Shown: positions 18,111-27,502 of the stretch, piece after piece | Layout of the letters: each line of letters begins with the position of its first letter | How positions within the stretch are numbered: position 1 is the first letter of the stretch | Assembly (NCBI GenBank): GCA_037190965.1 | Contig: JBBCKI010000062.1 | Span: 1 to 64,000, forward strand | Source of the DNA: Chthoniobacteraceae bacterium | Lineage (GTDB): Bacteria; Verrucomicrobiota; Verrucomicrobiia; Chthoniobacterales; Chthoniobacteraceae | Direction: 5' to 3' | Length of the DNA stretch: 64,000 nt | The notes under the pieces: generated by a model | Seen by the model: only the letters and a program-made list of their open reading frames with translations | Told to the model about the DNA's origin: nothing | Database searches by the model: none | Made by a program: the position numbers and the translations under genes

Positions 18111-20045
18111 CTACGGTTTCTTGCCGTAGACGAAGCTCGCCGAGCGACGAACCATCATATCGACGTCCTGCATCGCAACGATCCGGAGGCGGGCTTTCGA
18201 ACTGTGAGTGAATGGATCAATGGTAATTTCCAATCCGCCCCAGAGGCCGACGACGAGTTGCGTGAAGTCACCGAAGAAGACATCGCCAGCGGTAATCTGG
18301 TTGGTGATCGCGGTTTTGTAGCCGTTCACGGTGTCGCCAGGTTCCCAGATGGTTCCTCCTGCATTGGTGGAGGTTGGGAATTTGAGCGTGGTTTTCGCGT
18401 AGCCTCGGAATGCGGGCGTGCCGACATAGGCCATTCCGGCGACGTCGGCGTTCGTTTGCGCGATGGCGGTTTCCATCGCCACGAGTTCGGCAAACGTCGG
18501 ATCAGTCCCGGCGAACGACTTCCCGTGAATGCCATCGGTGTACTTCAATCCAGTGGGCTTGTTGTCGCTCCCGTTTCCGTAGTACCCGGCGTGATCGATC
18601 GAAAGGCCAAGACCGAGGGCGAGATCCTGCCGGAGAAGCTGCTCAACGCCGAGAGACGTCTGCATCAGCATTCTACGGGTGATCTCCCCGAGGCATCCAA
18701 CCGTCTTCGGGCGAAGGCCGATCTGTGCGAATTCAATCGCGTCCTGGTCGACATCTTCGTCCTCTCCGACCCAGTAACCGGTTGTGCCGGAAACCTGCTT
18801 CGGAATGTCGATATTGCCAAGCAGCCCGCCGAGCTGCGTGCCCAACTGCATGATCGTGGCCTTGTTACGGAGGATATCGATGAACGATCCTGCCATCAGG
18901 GTTGTGGGTACGAGGTTTCCTCCCGTTCCGGTGTAGCCGCTGCCGCCCTGAATCGAGATCACGTCACCGCGTGCGCCGATTGCGGAGATCATGTCGCCGC
19001 GTGTCGCGAAGAGGGGAGTGGTAAGAGCTTCAACGGGAATGACCGTTCCCTTGACTTCTCGGTAGTCGATCTTCTCCGCAGCGGCCCGGCAAGCTTCGAG
19101 CTCGAAGGCGGCGGCCTCGTGGGCGCGCTTAATCTCGCCCTTGTCGGCACCGAGGGCACGGAAGAGCTTGATGAAGGAAAAGTTCTGCGCCTCTTTGTCG
19201 GTCATGCCGATCGGGCTCGTGGCATCCTTGATCTTCGAACTCCGCTTATGGACGGCATCGAGAGCCTCCTGGCGGAACTGCTCCAGAGACATCCCTTCGC
19301 CGATTGCTCGCTCTGCAAGATCGGGGAGCTCAAATGTCTTGCCAGCGGCAAGGATCGCTTTGACGCGTTCCTGCTCGGACTTCACGCCCTGGGAGCGAAC
19401 AGCTTCCTCGTTAACCTGAATAGGAGCGGAAGTGGCAGCAGGCGGGGCTCCAGAGCCGCCGCCCTTGTCACCCTCGCGGAACATCATGAATCGTTTTTTC
19501 ATTGGATCGTTTTCGTCGTTTGGATTGTTTGCGCTTCGACCGATGCCGCAGGTGACGTCGGCTTCCACCGTGACCATTGAGATCTCGAATGGCTGCCACT
19601 TCGTAACCTCATAGACGTCGCAGTCTGCACGTTCTTCCTTCAGCTTCACCTCGAGCCGCTTATATCCGACGCTTGTCTTTGTCAGGATTCCGTCCTGAAC
19701 ATTCTGCCAGCCATCGTTTGCGAACTTGGTATTTCCGAACCGAACCTCGGCCCGGCCTTTACCGTCGCCTTCGATGCGTGCATTTTCGACAACGCCTAAC
19801 AGGCTGTCTCGCCAGTGATTGAAAAGAAGTGGCGCGCCGCTGTTTAGGCGCGATAGGTCGCACGCTCCCGGCTCGTGGGAAAGGATCTCGCGGATTCCGG
19901 GGTAAATCTCGACCTCTTCATCGGATGAGAAGCTTACCGGAACAGTGCGGTTCTCAATGTCGATGTCCGTCTTTACGACGGGCTTCCCCATGAAGCGACG
20001 GCCGTCCTCGGTTAGGAGTTCCGTTGAAAAGTTTCGGCGTGGCAT
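18111..20045 (-). CDS. Prohead protease / major capsid protein fusion (HK97 fold)
   Basis: N-terminal PLLFNH, SVGY, PFEISMVTVEAD protease motifs; C-terminal YWVGE, PKT, FGDF capsid motifs. Confidence 0.92.
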   Translation of the reverse strand: MPRRNFSTELLTEDGRRFMGKPVVKTDIDIENRTVPVSFSSDEEVEIYPGIREILSHEPGACDLSRLNSGAPLLFNHWRDSLLGVVENARIEGDGKGRAEVRFGNTKFANDGWQNVQDGILTKTSVGYKRLEVKLKEERADCDVYEVTKWQPFEISMVTVEADVTCGIGRSANNPNDENDPMKKRFMMFREGDKGGGSGAPPAATSAPIQVNEEAVRSQGVKSEQERVKAILAAGKTFELPDLAERAIGEGMSLEQFRQEALDAVHKRSSKIKDATSPIGMTDKEAQNFSFIKLFRALGADKGEIKRAHEAAAFELEACRAAAEKIDYREVKGTVIPVEALTTPLFATRGDMISAIGARGDVISIQGGSGYTGTGGNLVPTTLMAGSFIDILRNKATIMQLGTQLGGLLGNIDIPKQVSGTTGYWVGEDEDVDQDAIEFAQIGLRPKTVGCLGEITRRMLMQTSLGVEQLLRQDLALGLGLSIDHAGYYGNGSDNKPTGLKYTDGIHGKSFAGTDPTFAELVAMETAIAQTNADVAGMAYVGTPAFRGYAKTTLKFPTSTNAGGTIWEPGDTVNGYKTAITNQITAGDVFFGDFTQLVVGLWGGLEITIDPFTHSSKARLRIVAMQDVDMMVRRSASFVYGKKP

Positions 20046-20056
20046 TTGATGGAAAT

Positions 20057-21583
20057 CTATTCAGGCTGATTGCTCTTAGCTTGTGCGGATGTTTCCGGCG
20101 ATTGAGGGGGAATGAAGACGTTCGGGAGTGGCGGCTCGATTCCGCATCTTTTCATCGATTCCTTGTCTTGCCTGATCTCCTCCCATACATCTTCGGCATC
20201 ACGGCCTGTCGCTTCTTCAATCACACTCGATGGAGACTTCCACCCCATCGTCACGGCCTGCATATTCGCTTGCATATCCGCCTGCGGATCAATCCACGCC
20301 CATCGATGACCCGAGAAGGCGACGGTCTTATATTTCTCGAAGCGTTCCCATTTCAAGGGCTTGCCGTTTACGAGGATTTTCTGCGCTAAGAGGCTATACT
20401 CTAGCCATGATTTGAAGAGTGGGTAGAGCCATTGACAGACAAAGGAGAACTGTTCTCCCTTCCACATTTCGCGTTCATCAAGCGCGCCTTGGCGAATGCT
20501 CGAGAAGTTAACACTCGTGAGATCGCTTGCGAGGTTGTTATAGCTCACGCCAAGGCCGGATGCCGAGGATCTAAGGCCGTTTCGCGTAAACGCCTCGGTC
20601 TCATTGTTTGGGAACTGAGATTGCCACGGGATGAAGTCGCGGTTCCCGATGTTTGCGAACGTACCAGGGTCGGCATCCATCGGGAGTCCGTCCTCATCGA
20701 TGTCGTCGGCGTCCGGGTCTTTGAAAAATCCCATCTTGGCTGCGCCGACTCGCGCATTGACGAGAGCGGCATCTTCAAATCCGGAAAGCATCCGCATTCT
20801 CCAAAGGGCCGTTCTGGTCGATGGAAGTCCGCGCTTTTGGCCGATGATCTCGGGAATAAACCAGTGCAACACGTCCTTCGCGTCAACGCGCTTGTAGTTC
20901 ATCGCGCCACGGTCGAACTGAACATACCCCATCATCATCTCGTCGAACTCGCGGAAGTAATAGGCAACGCGGCGTCCGGCATCATTGAACTCAATTCCGT
21001 GCCGGATGTAGTTGCCATTCTGGAGCTTCACATAATGGCGATTATCAAGCAGAACGGGGTCGATGAGTTGGATGCTAAATCCCCACGGTCCTGCGTCCTT
21101 TCCGTAACGCTTGATGCCGATAAGCTCGCCATCCTTCGCTCGCTCCGTCACGCCGAGTCGCTCCATGTCCGCGCGACTCATCGTGCCAGAGCTTTCGCAG
21201 TTGCCCATTTCGCTCCATTCCTTCCATGCCGCCTCGATGGCCTTTGCCGCGAGGTGATCGACATTCCCGGATGGATCTTTCGGCTGTGAGTGGAGCGTGA
21301 ACCCTTCAGGACCGGCGACATTGTCTCGGACCAACTGAAGGTACTTTCTCAGATGATCGTAGTCTTCGCAGCCAGTGCGCGACCGTGCCACCAGCGTTTG
21401 CCAGTGCATGTAAATGTAGGCGTCAGCGGTGTGCGGAGTCGCAGACCATGAAGATTCCAGCCTGCCCATATTGGCGGCCGATGGAGCTCCGTCTGCGCGA
21501 ATGGCGATAACTGGAGCCTTCCTGCGCGGATTCTGTGTCGGCTCCGTCGCGCTTCGTTTAGCGATCCAAGAGAAGAGGCCCAT
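20057..21583 (-). CDS. Portal protein, lambda family
   Basis: QKRGLP, GLGVSY..L..D...VNFSSIRQG, WAWIDP. Confidence 0.93.
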   Translation of the reverse strand: MGLFSWIAKRSATEPTQNPRRKAPVIAIRADGAPSAANMGRLESSWSATPHTADAYIYMHWQTLVARSRTGCEDYDHLRKYLQLVRDNVAGPEGFTLHSQPKDPSGNVDHLAAKAIEAAWKEWSEMGNCESSGTMSRADMERLGVTERAKDGELIGIKRYGKDAGPWGFSIQLIDPVLLDNRHYVKLQNGNYIRHGIEFNDAGRRVAYYFREFDEMMMGYVQFDRGAMNYKRVDAKDVLHWFIPEIIGQKRGLPSTRTALWRMRMLSGFEDAALVNARVGAAKMGFFKDPDADDIDEDGLPMDADPGTFANIGNRDFIPWQSQFPNNETEAFTRNGLRSSASGLGVSYNNLASDLTSVNFSSIRQGALDEREMWKGEQFSFVCQWLYPLFKSWLEYSLLAQKILVNGKPLKWERFEKYKTVAFSGHRWAWIDPQADMQANMQAVTMGWKSPSSVIEEATGRDAEDVWEEIRQDKESMKRCGIEPPLPNVFIPPQSPETSAQAKSNQPE

Positions 21584-21831
21584 TAGATGTAAACCTGAAT
21601 GTCTGGCCCCATTGATGTTTTCCCTTGGAGCTTGCGATCAGCGGTACGAAAGCGGCGTCGCCAGTATGCCAAAAGATCTAAAAGCTCCCGCATCGAATAC
21701 CGTTCAAGCTCGCGATTGTTGATCTTATAGCGGCGCACCCCCTCAGCCGGTGCCTTCGACATCATGTTTTCAATCTTGTCGATGATCTCGCGGGCTTTCG
21801 TCCGCTCTGCTGTCAGGGTTTCGCAATCCAT
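21583..21831 (-). CDS. Head completion protein (gpW-like)
   Basis: YKINNREL motif; between terL and portal. Confidence 0.7.
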   Translation of the reverse strand: MDCETLTAERTKAREIIDKIENMMSKAPAEGVRRYKINNRELERYSMRELLDLLAYWRRRFRTADRKLQGKTSMGPDIQVYI

Positions 21832-21844
21832 TCGGGTTTGAGTG

Positions 21845-23815
21845 TCACCAGTTTCCGACGAATCCGCCTCTTCGTCGTGGACGGGGCGGCTTTCGTTTAG
21901 CTTGCGGCTTTGATGGCTGTTCTTCTTGTGCGGATGCTTCCAACTCTACGCTTTCTGGAGGCGGATCTTCCTCGATGGCAACGATGGACTCTTTCGGCTC
22001 AGGCCGGGTCGGCAACGGCTTCCGGCGCGCCTTGAGTCGGAATGCGATCTTGTCGAACTGCGGGGAGGCGAGGGTGAGAGCGGCGAAAGCATAGACGCGG
22101 CAGTCCAGCGCTTCGTTTCTCGCTCCAGATGGTTTCGTGAACGTGCGCCGCGGGAACCCACGCTTGTATTCCGTGGTGATCTTCTCGGCTGTGAGCTGGC
22201 GAAACCATTCAATCGGTCGACCTTTCGGAAAGTGGCAGTAACCGGCGCCGTGGTCATCCAGTCGCAGTCGGCGGTAGATGATGTTCTTCGCCTGGTCGGT
22301 CCCGACGATGTAGAGGTCGATCGGAAGCCGGGCCTTCTTCCCGGTGCGCTTCCGTTGCGGAGTTCCGACGATCGGGACGCCTTCACCGGCCAGGCCTTTG
22401 ATGCCAAAAAAGCGATCTCCCTTGTGGCGCTTGACGTAGGCGTAGACAGCCTGCGTGTTTTGGCCGCCCGTATCGATGCACGTCCAATCGATCGACATTT
22501 CTCCGTAAAGCTCATGCTTCCAGGCTTTGCGCAGGTATGCGGTGAGGTCCGTCCAGGGGCTATGAGGCTCCCCCTCGGGAATGTCGGGATCGCCCCAAAT
22601 GACATGCGTGTCAATGCTCCACGACTCTTCGCCGCCAGCCCACCCGACGACCTCCATCTCGAGCCGGTCGGGATGAGTATCGACGCCGGCAGTCAAAAGA
22701 AGGACGCGCCCGGGAACCGGCGCGGCGTAGTTCTCGCAGCGCTGCTCGAGATCGTGCTCGTTGATTGAAAGGCCGCCCTCTTCCCACGTCTCGCCAAGCA
22801 CCGTGTTGACGAAAACCTTGAGCAGTTCCGGACTGTCTTTCGACAAGAGAAAGTCGTTGACGATCTGCTCGATTGTTCGCCACGGGCTGTAAAGCTCGTT
22901 GATGTGAAACCCTGCGATACCCTTGAATGGGGCCGTGGCGCGCCAGTGACCTTTCGCCACGGCTCGATTCTTCTGACCATTGCCGTATTCGAATGAGCAA
23001 TGCGGGCACTTGAACCGAGCGGTCTCCGGCGCGCCCTTGTCCCAGATTACGTTCGCCCATTGCAGGAGATGCGGCTCCTCGCATTCAGGGTTGGGGCAGG
23101 GGATATAGAATCGCCGCTTGTCGGAGCTCTCATAGTCGCGCTCGATTGGCGACAGTCCTTTGATCGTCGGCGTGCTCGTGACGACGATCTTCCGATTCCA
23201 AAAGTTGTTCGTTCGCTTTTCACAAAGTTTGCCCGGGTCGCCTTCCGTCCCGGCGCTCGCTGGATAGCGGTCGCGCTCGTCCTCCAGCAAGATTCGGATC
23301 GGCCGGCCGGCGAGGTCGGTCGGTGCGTTGGCACCGACGCACGAGATATGACCGCCCGGGAATGCCTTGTGAGTGATCGTGTTCCCGCTGTCCCGGCTTT
23401 TGACGTCGGCGACGCGGCCCTTGAGGCACGGCGTGTCTCGCAGCATCGGCGCGAGCCGGTCCTTGCTCCAGGTCTCCGCAAAGGCCTTCGTCGGCTGGAC
23501 GACGAGGATCGGGCCGGGATCGTGGTCGATGTGGTAGCCGACGATGTTATTGACGATCTCGGTCTTCCCGATCTGGGCCGACGTCATGAAGACCGTCTTC
23601 CAGACGGTAGGGTCGCCCGTGGCGTCCATCATTCCGCGCTGATATTCCGCACGGGACGTTCGCCACTGGCCAACCTCCGAGCTTGCCTCGCTGCTCAGTC
23701 GGCGGTTCTTGTCTGCCCACTCGCTGACAGTCAGCTTCGGCGGCGGTCGGACCGTGGCGGCGATGCAGCGGAAGAGCTCAATGAGGGCTTCCGATTCAGG
23801 GGCTTGGATCGCCAT
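21845..23815 (-). CDS. Terminase large subunit (lambda GpA family)
   Basis: SAQIGKTE, LEDERDRYP, STPT, NTVLGE, RNEALDC.VY. Confidence 0.96.
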   Translation of the reverse strand: MAIQAPESEALIELFRCIAATVRPPPKLTVSEWADKNRRLSSEASSEVGQWRTSRAEYQRGMMDATGDPTVWKTVFMTSAQIGKTEIVNNIVGYHIDHDPGPILVVQPTKAFAETWSKDRLAPMLRDTPCLKGRVADVKSRDSGNTITHKAFPGGHISCVGANAPTDLAGRPIRILLEDERDRYPASAGTEGDPGKLCEKRTNNFWNRKIVVTSTPTIKGLSPIERDYESSDKRRFYIPCPNPECEEPHLLQWANVIWDKGAPETARFKCPHCSFEYGNGQKNRAVAKGHWRATAPFKGIAGFHINELYSPWRTIEQIVNDFLLSKDSPELLKVFVNTVLGETWEEGGLSINEHDLEQRCENYAAPVPGRVLLLTAGVDTHPDRLEMEVVGWAGGEESWSIDTHVIWGDPDIPEGEPHSPWTDLTAYLRKAWKHELYGEMSIDWTCIDTGGQNTQAVYAYVKRHKGDRFFGIKGLAGEGVPIVGTPQRKRTGKKARLPIDLYIVGTDQAKNIIYRRLRLDDHGAGYCHFPKGRPIEWFRQLTAEKITTEYKRGFPRRTFTKPSGARNEALDCRVYAFAALTLASPQFDKIAFRLKARRKPLPTRPEPKESIVAIEEDPPPESVELEASAQEEQPSKPQAKRKPPRPRRRGGFVGNW

Positions 23816-24461
23816 CCGTTAGTCCGTATTCTGCTCCAAAGTTTGGGTCCGGCTTTGGCGGCTCTGGATATGGGAGTTCGTCTTCATCCGACTCGACTTC
23901 CGATTCGCCGTCATCGGTCCCGGAAAGACCCTCTCGAATTTTTTCAACGACGGGGCGCGGGTCATAGTCCGCAAGCTCGCTCAGTGCCGCGTGACACTCA
24001 GCTTCGATGATAGCGTAACACTCAACCGGGTTGGAGGTGTCAGCGGTCAATGGAGCCGTTTTGGTGGGAATCGCCAGGACACGCCCACGAAAAGCAGCGA
24101 GCATTCCATTACAGACGGCAGCCACGGCAGAGGCCTCATGGACCTTACCCTTCATCAGAGCGGTTTCAATTTCCGCCATCTCCGCTTTCGCCCTGGTGAG
24201 TCGCGCTCGCTCGCGGTTGTAGTTGAAAACACCGCCACTTCCTTGACCGCCCCCGTCTTCGCCGTCGTCGATGTCTTCGGACTTATAGCCGACTGCGCGC
24301 GCCTGAAGATAGCGGATGTATGCCGTCACGGAAGGGATCAGCGCATAAGCTCCGCGCCCCTCCTTTACGACGACGCCCTCCTTGGCGAGCATCTGCACCC
24401 GACGAACGTCCAGGTTCAGGACTTCGGCAAGGCGCTCGACGTTGACGGGATCGTCGGTCAT
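23796..24461 (-). CDS. Terminase small subunit (Nu1-like)
   Basis: wHTH LAEVLNLDVRRVQML..EG; ERARLT.AKA; upstream of terL. Confidence 0.88.
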   Translation of the reverse strand: MTDDPVNVERLAEVLNLDVRRVQMLAKEGVVVKEGRGAYALIPSVTAYIRYLQARAVGYKSEDIDDGEDGGGQGSGGVFNYNRERARLTRAKAEMAEIETALMKGKVHEASAVAAVCNGMLAAFRGRVLAIPTKTAPLTADTSNPVECYAIIEAECHAALSELADYDPRPVVEKIREGLSGTDDGESEVESDEDELPYPEPPKPDPNFGAEYGLTDGDPSP

Positions 24462-24652
24462 TCGCTGTCGGGGAGTTTCGTCACGTACGCTCCGAGCAAC
24501 TGGACGTTGAATCGCACGACCTTTGCCACAGTCTCGAGTAGCTTGGTTTTCGCTGGACCATCTGGCATCATCCGAGCAAGCTCCATCGCCTGATCGACCG
24601 ATTCGGATAGGCCGGTATGTTCCAAATTTTCGAGTAAGTGTAGGTTGCTCAT
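24458..24652 (-). CDS. Hypothetical protein
   Basis: 64-aa ORF with ATGA overlap onto terS. Confidence 0.55.
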   Translation of the reverse strand: MSNLHLLENLEHTGLSESVDQAMELARMMPDGPAKTKLLETVAKVVRFNVQLLGAYVTKLPDSE

Positions 24653-24679
24653 ATTATCAAATTTGCGAAACGAAGAGGT

Positions 24680-24800
24680 GTTTTCTCACTTGTGACTAGA
24701 AAAAGCCTGCGCCATTGAGCCCACCCGCAGACTCCCCCGCCGAAAGAACCTATCGGGGGTCTCATGGCTGAGAATTCTCATTCTTGAGAGCCATTTGAGG
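24680..24800 (-). promoter_or_regulatory. Putative cos/packaging region
   Basis: Non-coding gap upstream of terS with TAGGTTCTTTC...GCGGGT...CTAG motif typical of GpA-terminase prophages. Confidence 0.45.
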
Positions 24801-24831
24801 CTCGCAGGTTTGAGAAAGCGACGGGAATTTC

Positions 24832-25440
24832 TCATCGGTGAGAATCCGCCTCCGATTTCCTCTTGGTTGGCACGCGCCTTGCTAAGATCATGCCGATTCG
24901 CCGGGTCGTGAGCCCATACCGTGTCGCGAGGTGGCGAATGCTGAAGCCTGCGCTGTGGTCCTCAGCGATCGATCGATTGCGCTCGTGGCGGTCCATGTCT
25001 CTGCATGTCGCAATCGGGATGAGCTCGCCTGAGTAGACGCGCTGCAATCGGCTGGCTGCATCCATGCCGATCATGCGGGGCAGCCAGTGGCCATCGGGCA
25101 TGTTGTGGGGCACGTACAGATTGCGGGTTGCGGCGCGTGCGTGAGCGAGTTGAATGGCTGCATCGCGTCCGATGACGTCGGCGATCTCGGCCACGGTGGA
25201 AGGGAGAGCGGGAGCGTGTTCGGGTGAGGGGGTTGCGCGTTTGATCCCGGGAATCGGGAGTTCGCATTGGATGCAGCGAATCTCAGGCTGTGGGGTGGAA
25301 GGCCGACGGATTCGGACTGAGACGATGGTTGCGCTTCGCGAGAATTCGAGCGGAAGGGATTGTTGCTCGGTCGCGCACATTGCAATACCAGTTTCCGCGC
25401 GCGCGAGGTTTGGCAAGTCTATGGAAAGCGGGCCGTGCAA
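24832..25440 (-). CDS. Mor/C-like late transcription activator (start uncertain)
   Basis: LP.TV.EIADVIG.DAA..L, LYVP, RNRSI and C-terminal HTH LATRYGLTTRRI. Confidence 0.7.
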   Translation of the reverse strand: MHGPLSIDLPNLARAETGIAMCATEQQSLPLEFSRSATIVSVRIRRPSTPQPEIRCIQCELPIPGIKRATPSPEHAPALPSTVAEIADVIGRDAAIQLAHARAATRNLYVPHNMPDGHWLPRMIGMDAASRLQRVYSGELIPIATCRDMDRHERNRSIAEDHSAGFSIRHLATRYGLTTRRIGMILARRVPTKRKSEADSHR

Positions 25441-25442
25441 AG

Positions 25443-25685
25443 TTACTCGGATTGCTCAGTTTCCTCGGCGTTTTCGGGCTTTTCAGCGGCTTTCTTGGCG
25501 GTTGGGAAGAGCCAGTCGTTCTTGTTTGGCTGCGGCGGAAGGACGCCTTCGCGCTCCCATTCGGCCAGCTTGCGTTCGCATGCCTCCTTTACGTCGGAGT
25601 AGCTGTCGTAGCGCTCGGATCCTCCTCCGCATCGTTCCTGATGCTGCCGTTTGAACTTCTTTTTTGGGGTTGCAATGGTGCTCAT
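25443..25685 (-). CDS. Hypothetical protein
   Basis: 80-aa ORF in operon orientation. Confidence 0.55.
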   Translation of the reverse strand: MSTIATPKKKFKRQHQERCGGGSERYDSYSDVKEACERKLAEWEREGVLPPQPNKNDWLFPTAKKAAEKPENAEETEQSE

Positions 25686-25726
25686 GAAATGACTTTTGGG
25701 TTGGACTTTTGGGATTGAAAAAGAGG

Positions 25727-26434
25727 TTAGACGCCGATGACTTCTGTGAAGTCTTCCAGGCGGCGCACGATGGGCGCGCCGCGATCCTCAGACATCATCG
25801 ACTCGAGTTCTGATCCGCTGGCGTTGGCCGTCCAAAGGATCGGCTTCAGTCGGCTCGTGCGCCCTTCGATGAGGTCGAAGAACTCGGCTTGCCCGTGCTC
25901 GGTGAACTTCTCTTTGCCGAGGTCGTCGAGAAGCAGGACTTCGGCGCTGTGGGTCTTGCGGATGATGTCTCTGGCGATGTCCGAGGATCTCTCTTTGCCG
26001 TACATGATCCCGTAGCACCCCGCGAGACGCTTGGCCGACACGGCGAAAACTCGAACTCCCGCGAAGTGCAGCTTCTTGAGGACGAGGAAGAGCATCCGCG
26101 TCTTTCGCTGGCCGGTGTGGCCGTGGAGGCCGATTCCTCGCCCGTCTCCGGTCGGTTCGTAGCGCATGAGTCCGGCGAGAATCCGCTGATCCATCGTCGG
26201 AAAGCGCGGATCGGTTTGACGGTAGGCCTCGGGGCAGATCCGGTTCCAATCCTCTTCCATCGCGGCTCGCTTTGCGTCCTTCGCGGCCTGCTGGCGCTCC
26301 TCATGATCTTTGGCACGGCATGCCGGGCACATGAAGGGTTTGAAGAGCTCTCTCTCGCCGATGAAGATGGGCGTGTATTCCGTAACGGTAGGGCAGTTTT
26401 GACAGGTAAAAGTGTTCATGGCTGTGGCTACCAC
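25727..26434 (-). CDS. DnaC/IstB-like helicase loader ATPase
   Basis: Zn-finger, variant Walker A GHTGQRKT, LLLDDLGKE, WTAN, IVRRL. Confidence 0.88.
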   Translation of the reverse strand: MVATAMNTFTCQNCPTVTEYTPIFIGERELFKPFMCPACRAKDHEERQQAAKDAKRAAMEEDWNRICPEAYRQTDPRFPTMDQRILAGLMRYEPTGDGRGIGLHGHTGQRKTRMLFLVLKKLHFAGVRVFAVSAKRLAGCYGIMYGKERSSDIARDIIRKTHSAEVLLLDDLGKEKFTEHGQAEFFDLIEGRTSRLKPILWTANASGSELESMMSEDRGAPIVRRLEDFTEVIGV

Positions 26435-27321
26435 TGGTTGACGGTCACGCCTTCTGGCGGGCCGTCAGGGAATAGGGTTGATGGTTTGGGGTTCGGGTTT
26501 GACGGGCGGGGCTTTCGCTCGGTCTGGCGCTGCGATGGTTGCGCCGAATGTCCTCGGCTGATCGGACCATCCCAAAGGATCGACTTGGCGCCCTTGCTGA
26601 TGCTGAAGCGGATTGCTGAGATCGCCTTGGCAATTCCGTTGCGCTGGATCTCCATCTGCCAAGTGAGTCGCGTCATCCGGGTCGGGAGAGCGTCACGTTC
26701 AGCGAGATGGGTCATCAATTCGTTCCACACTGCGGTCAGGTCCGTCGTGAACCATTCCGGAAGCCGGTCGGAGGACGTTGCGGGATTTCCCGTTACGGCT
26801 TTGTCTTCTTCGCGCATGGGAAGAGGGGGAGTATTATTTGAAGACGAAGATGAAGAAGAAGATGAAGAGCCATTTTTCGCCATTGGCGAAATCGTGGCAT
26901 CGCCATGATTTTCAGATAGGGTCGGCATGGCGCTGCCATCGCTAGGCTGTGGCGACTCCATGCCGTCGCCAATGGTGTTGCCTTTGTTTCGCCAACGAGC
27001 CGCTGCGCCCTTCTTTCCTGACTCCGATTGCTGGTCCCGGTAGTCTTCCTGCTTTCGCCTCTCCTCCTCAAGTCGGGGATGAATAAGCCTGCCGGGGGCG
27101 CTTGGCGACGGTACGAAGCAACGAATGACTTCGGTGAGGGTGCTTTCCTGCGCCCCCTTGCACAACCGCGAGAGGCGCGAGAGATCGGAGGGGATGTCGC
27201 CTTCTCGCCAGCAATACGCGAGCAATCGAACATAGACGCCCTCTTCTTCGAGCGTCATCAATTGGACGTTCTCGTCGGCCAGGTAATCCGCTGCATAGAA
27301 CTGAAATGCTGGCGCCTTCAT
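26428..27321 (-). CDS. Replication initiator, YdaU/DUF1376 family
   Basis: PAFQFYAADYL...MTLEEEG.Y.RLL...W; S.SGKKGA..RW; poly-Ser linker. Confidence 0.88.
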   Translation of the reverse strand: MKAPAFQFYAADYLADENVQLMTLEEEGVYVRLLAYCWREGDIPSDLSRLSRLCKGAQESTLTEVIRCFVPSPSAPGRLIHPRLEEERRKQEDYRDQQSESGKKGAAARWRNKGNTIGDGMESPQPSDGSAMPTLSENHGDATISPMAKNGSSSSSSSSSSNNTPPLPMREEDKAVTGNPATSSDRLPEWFTTDLTAVWNELMTHLAERDALPTRMTRLTWQMEIQRNGIAKAISAIRFSISKGAKSILWDGPISRGHSAQPSQRQTERKPRPSNPNPKPSTLFPDGPPEGVTVNQW

Positions 27322-27502
27322 ACAAAAGAAAGCCCACCCTCGCCGGAAGTAGACCCCGTATGAACAACGGCAGCCGGCAGAGGGTGGGATGAAAAATTGG
27401 ATTGAGTGTTCATAGCGTGGTCCGGTCTAAGGACATGCGACCTCGGTCGCGTGATTTGAAGGGGTAGCGATGGTTGCATGTGGGCGAAAGGGGGATAGGA
27501 GC

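Noticed and set aside
17454..19580. 708-aa plus-strand ORF
   Set aside because: Antisense shadow of the capsid gene; no motifs, typical of high-GC DNA
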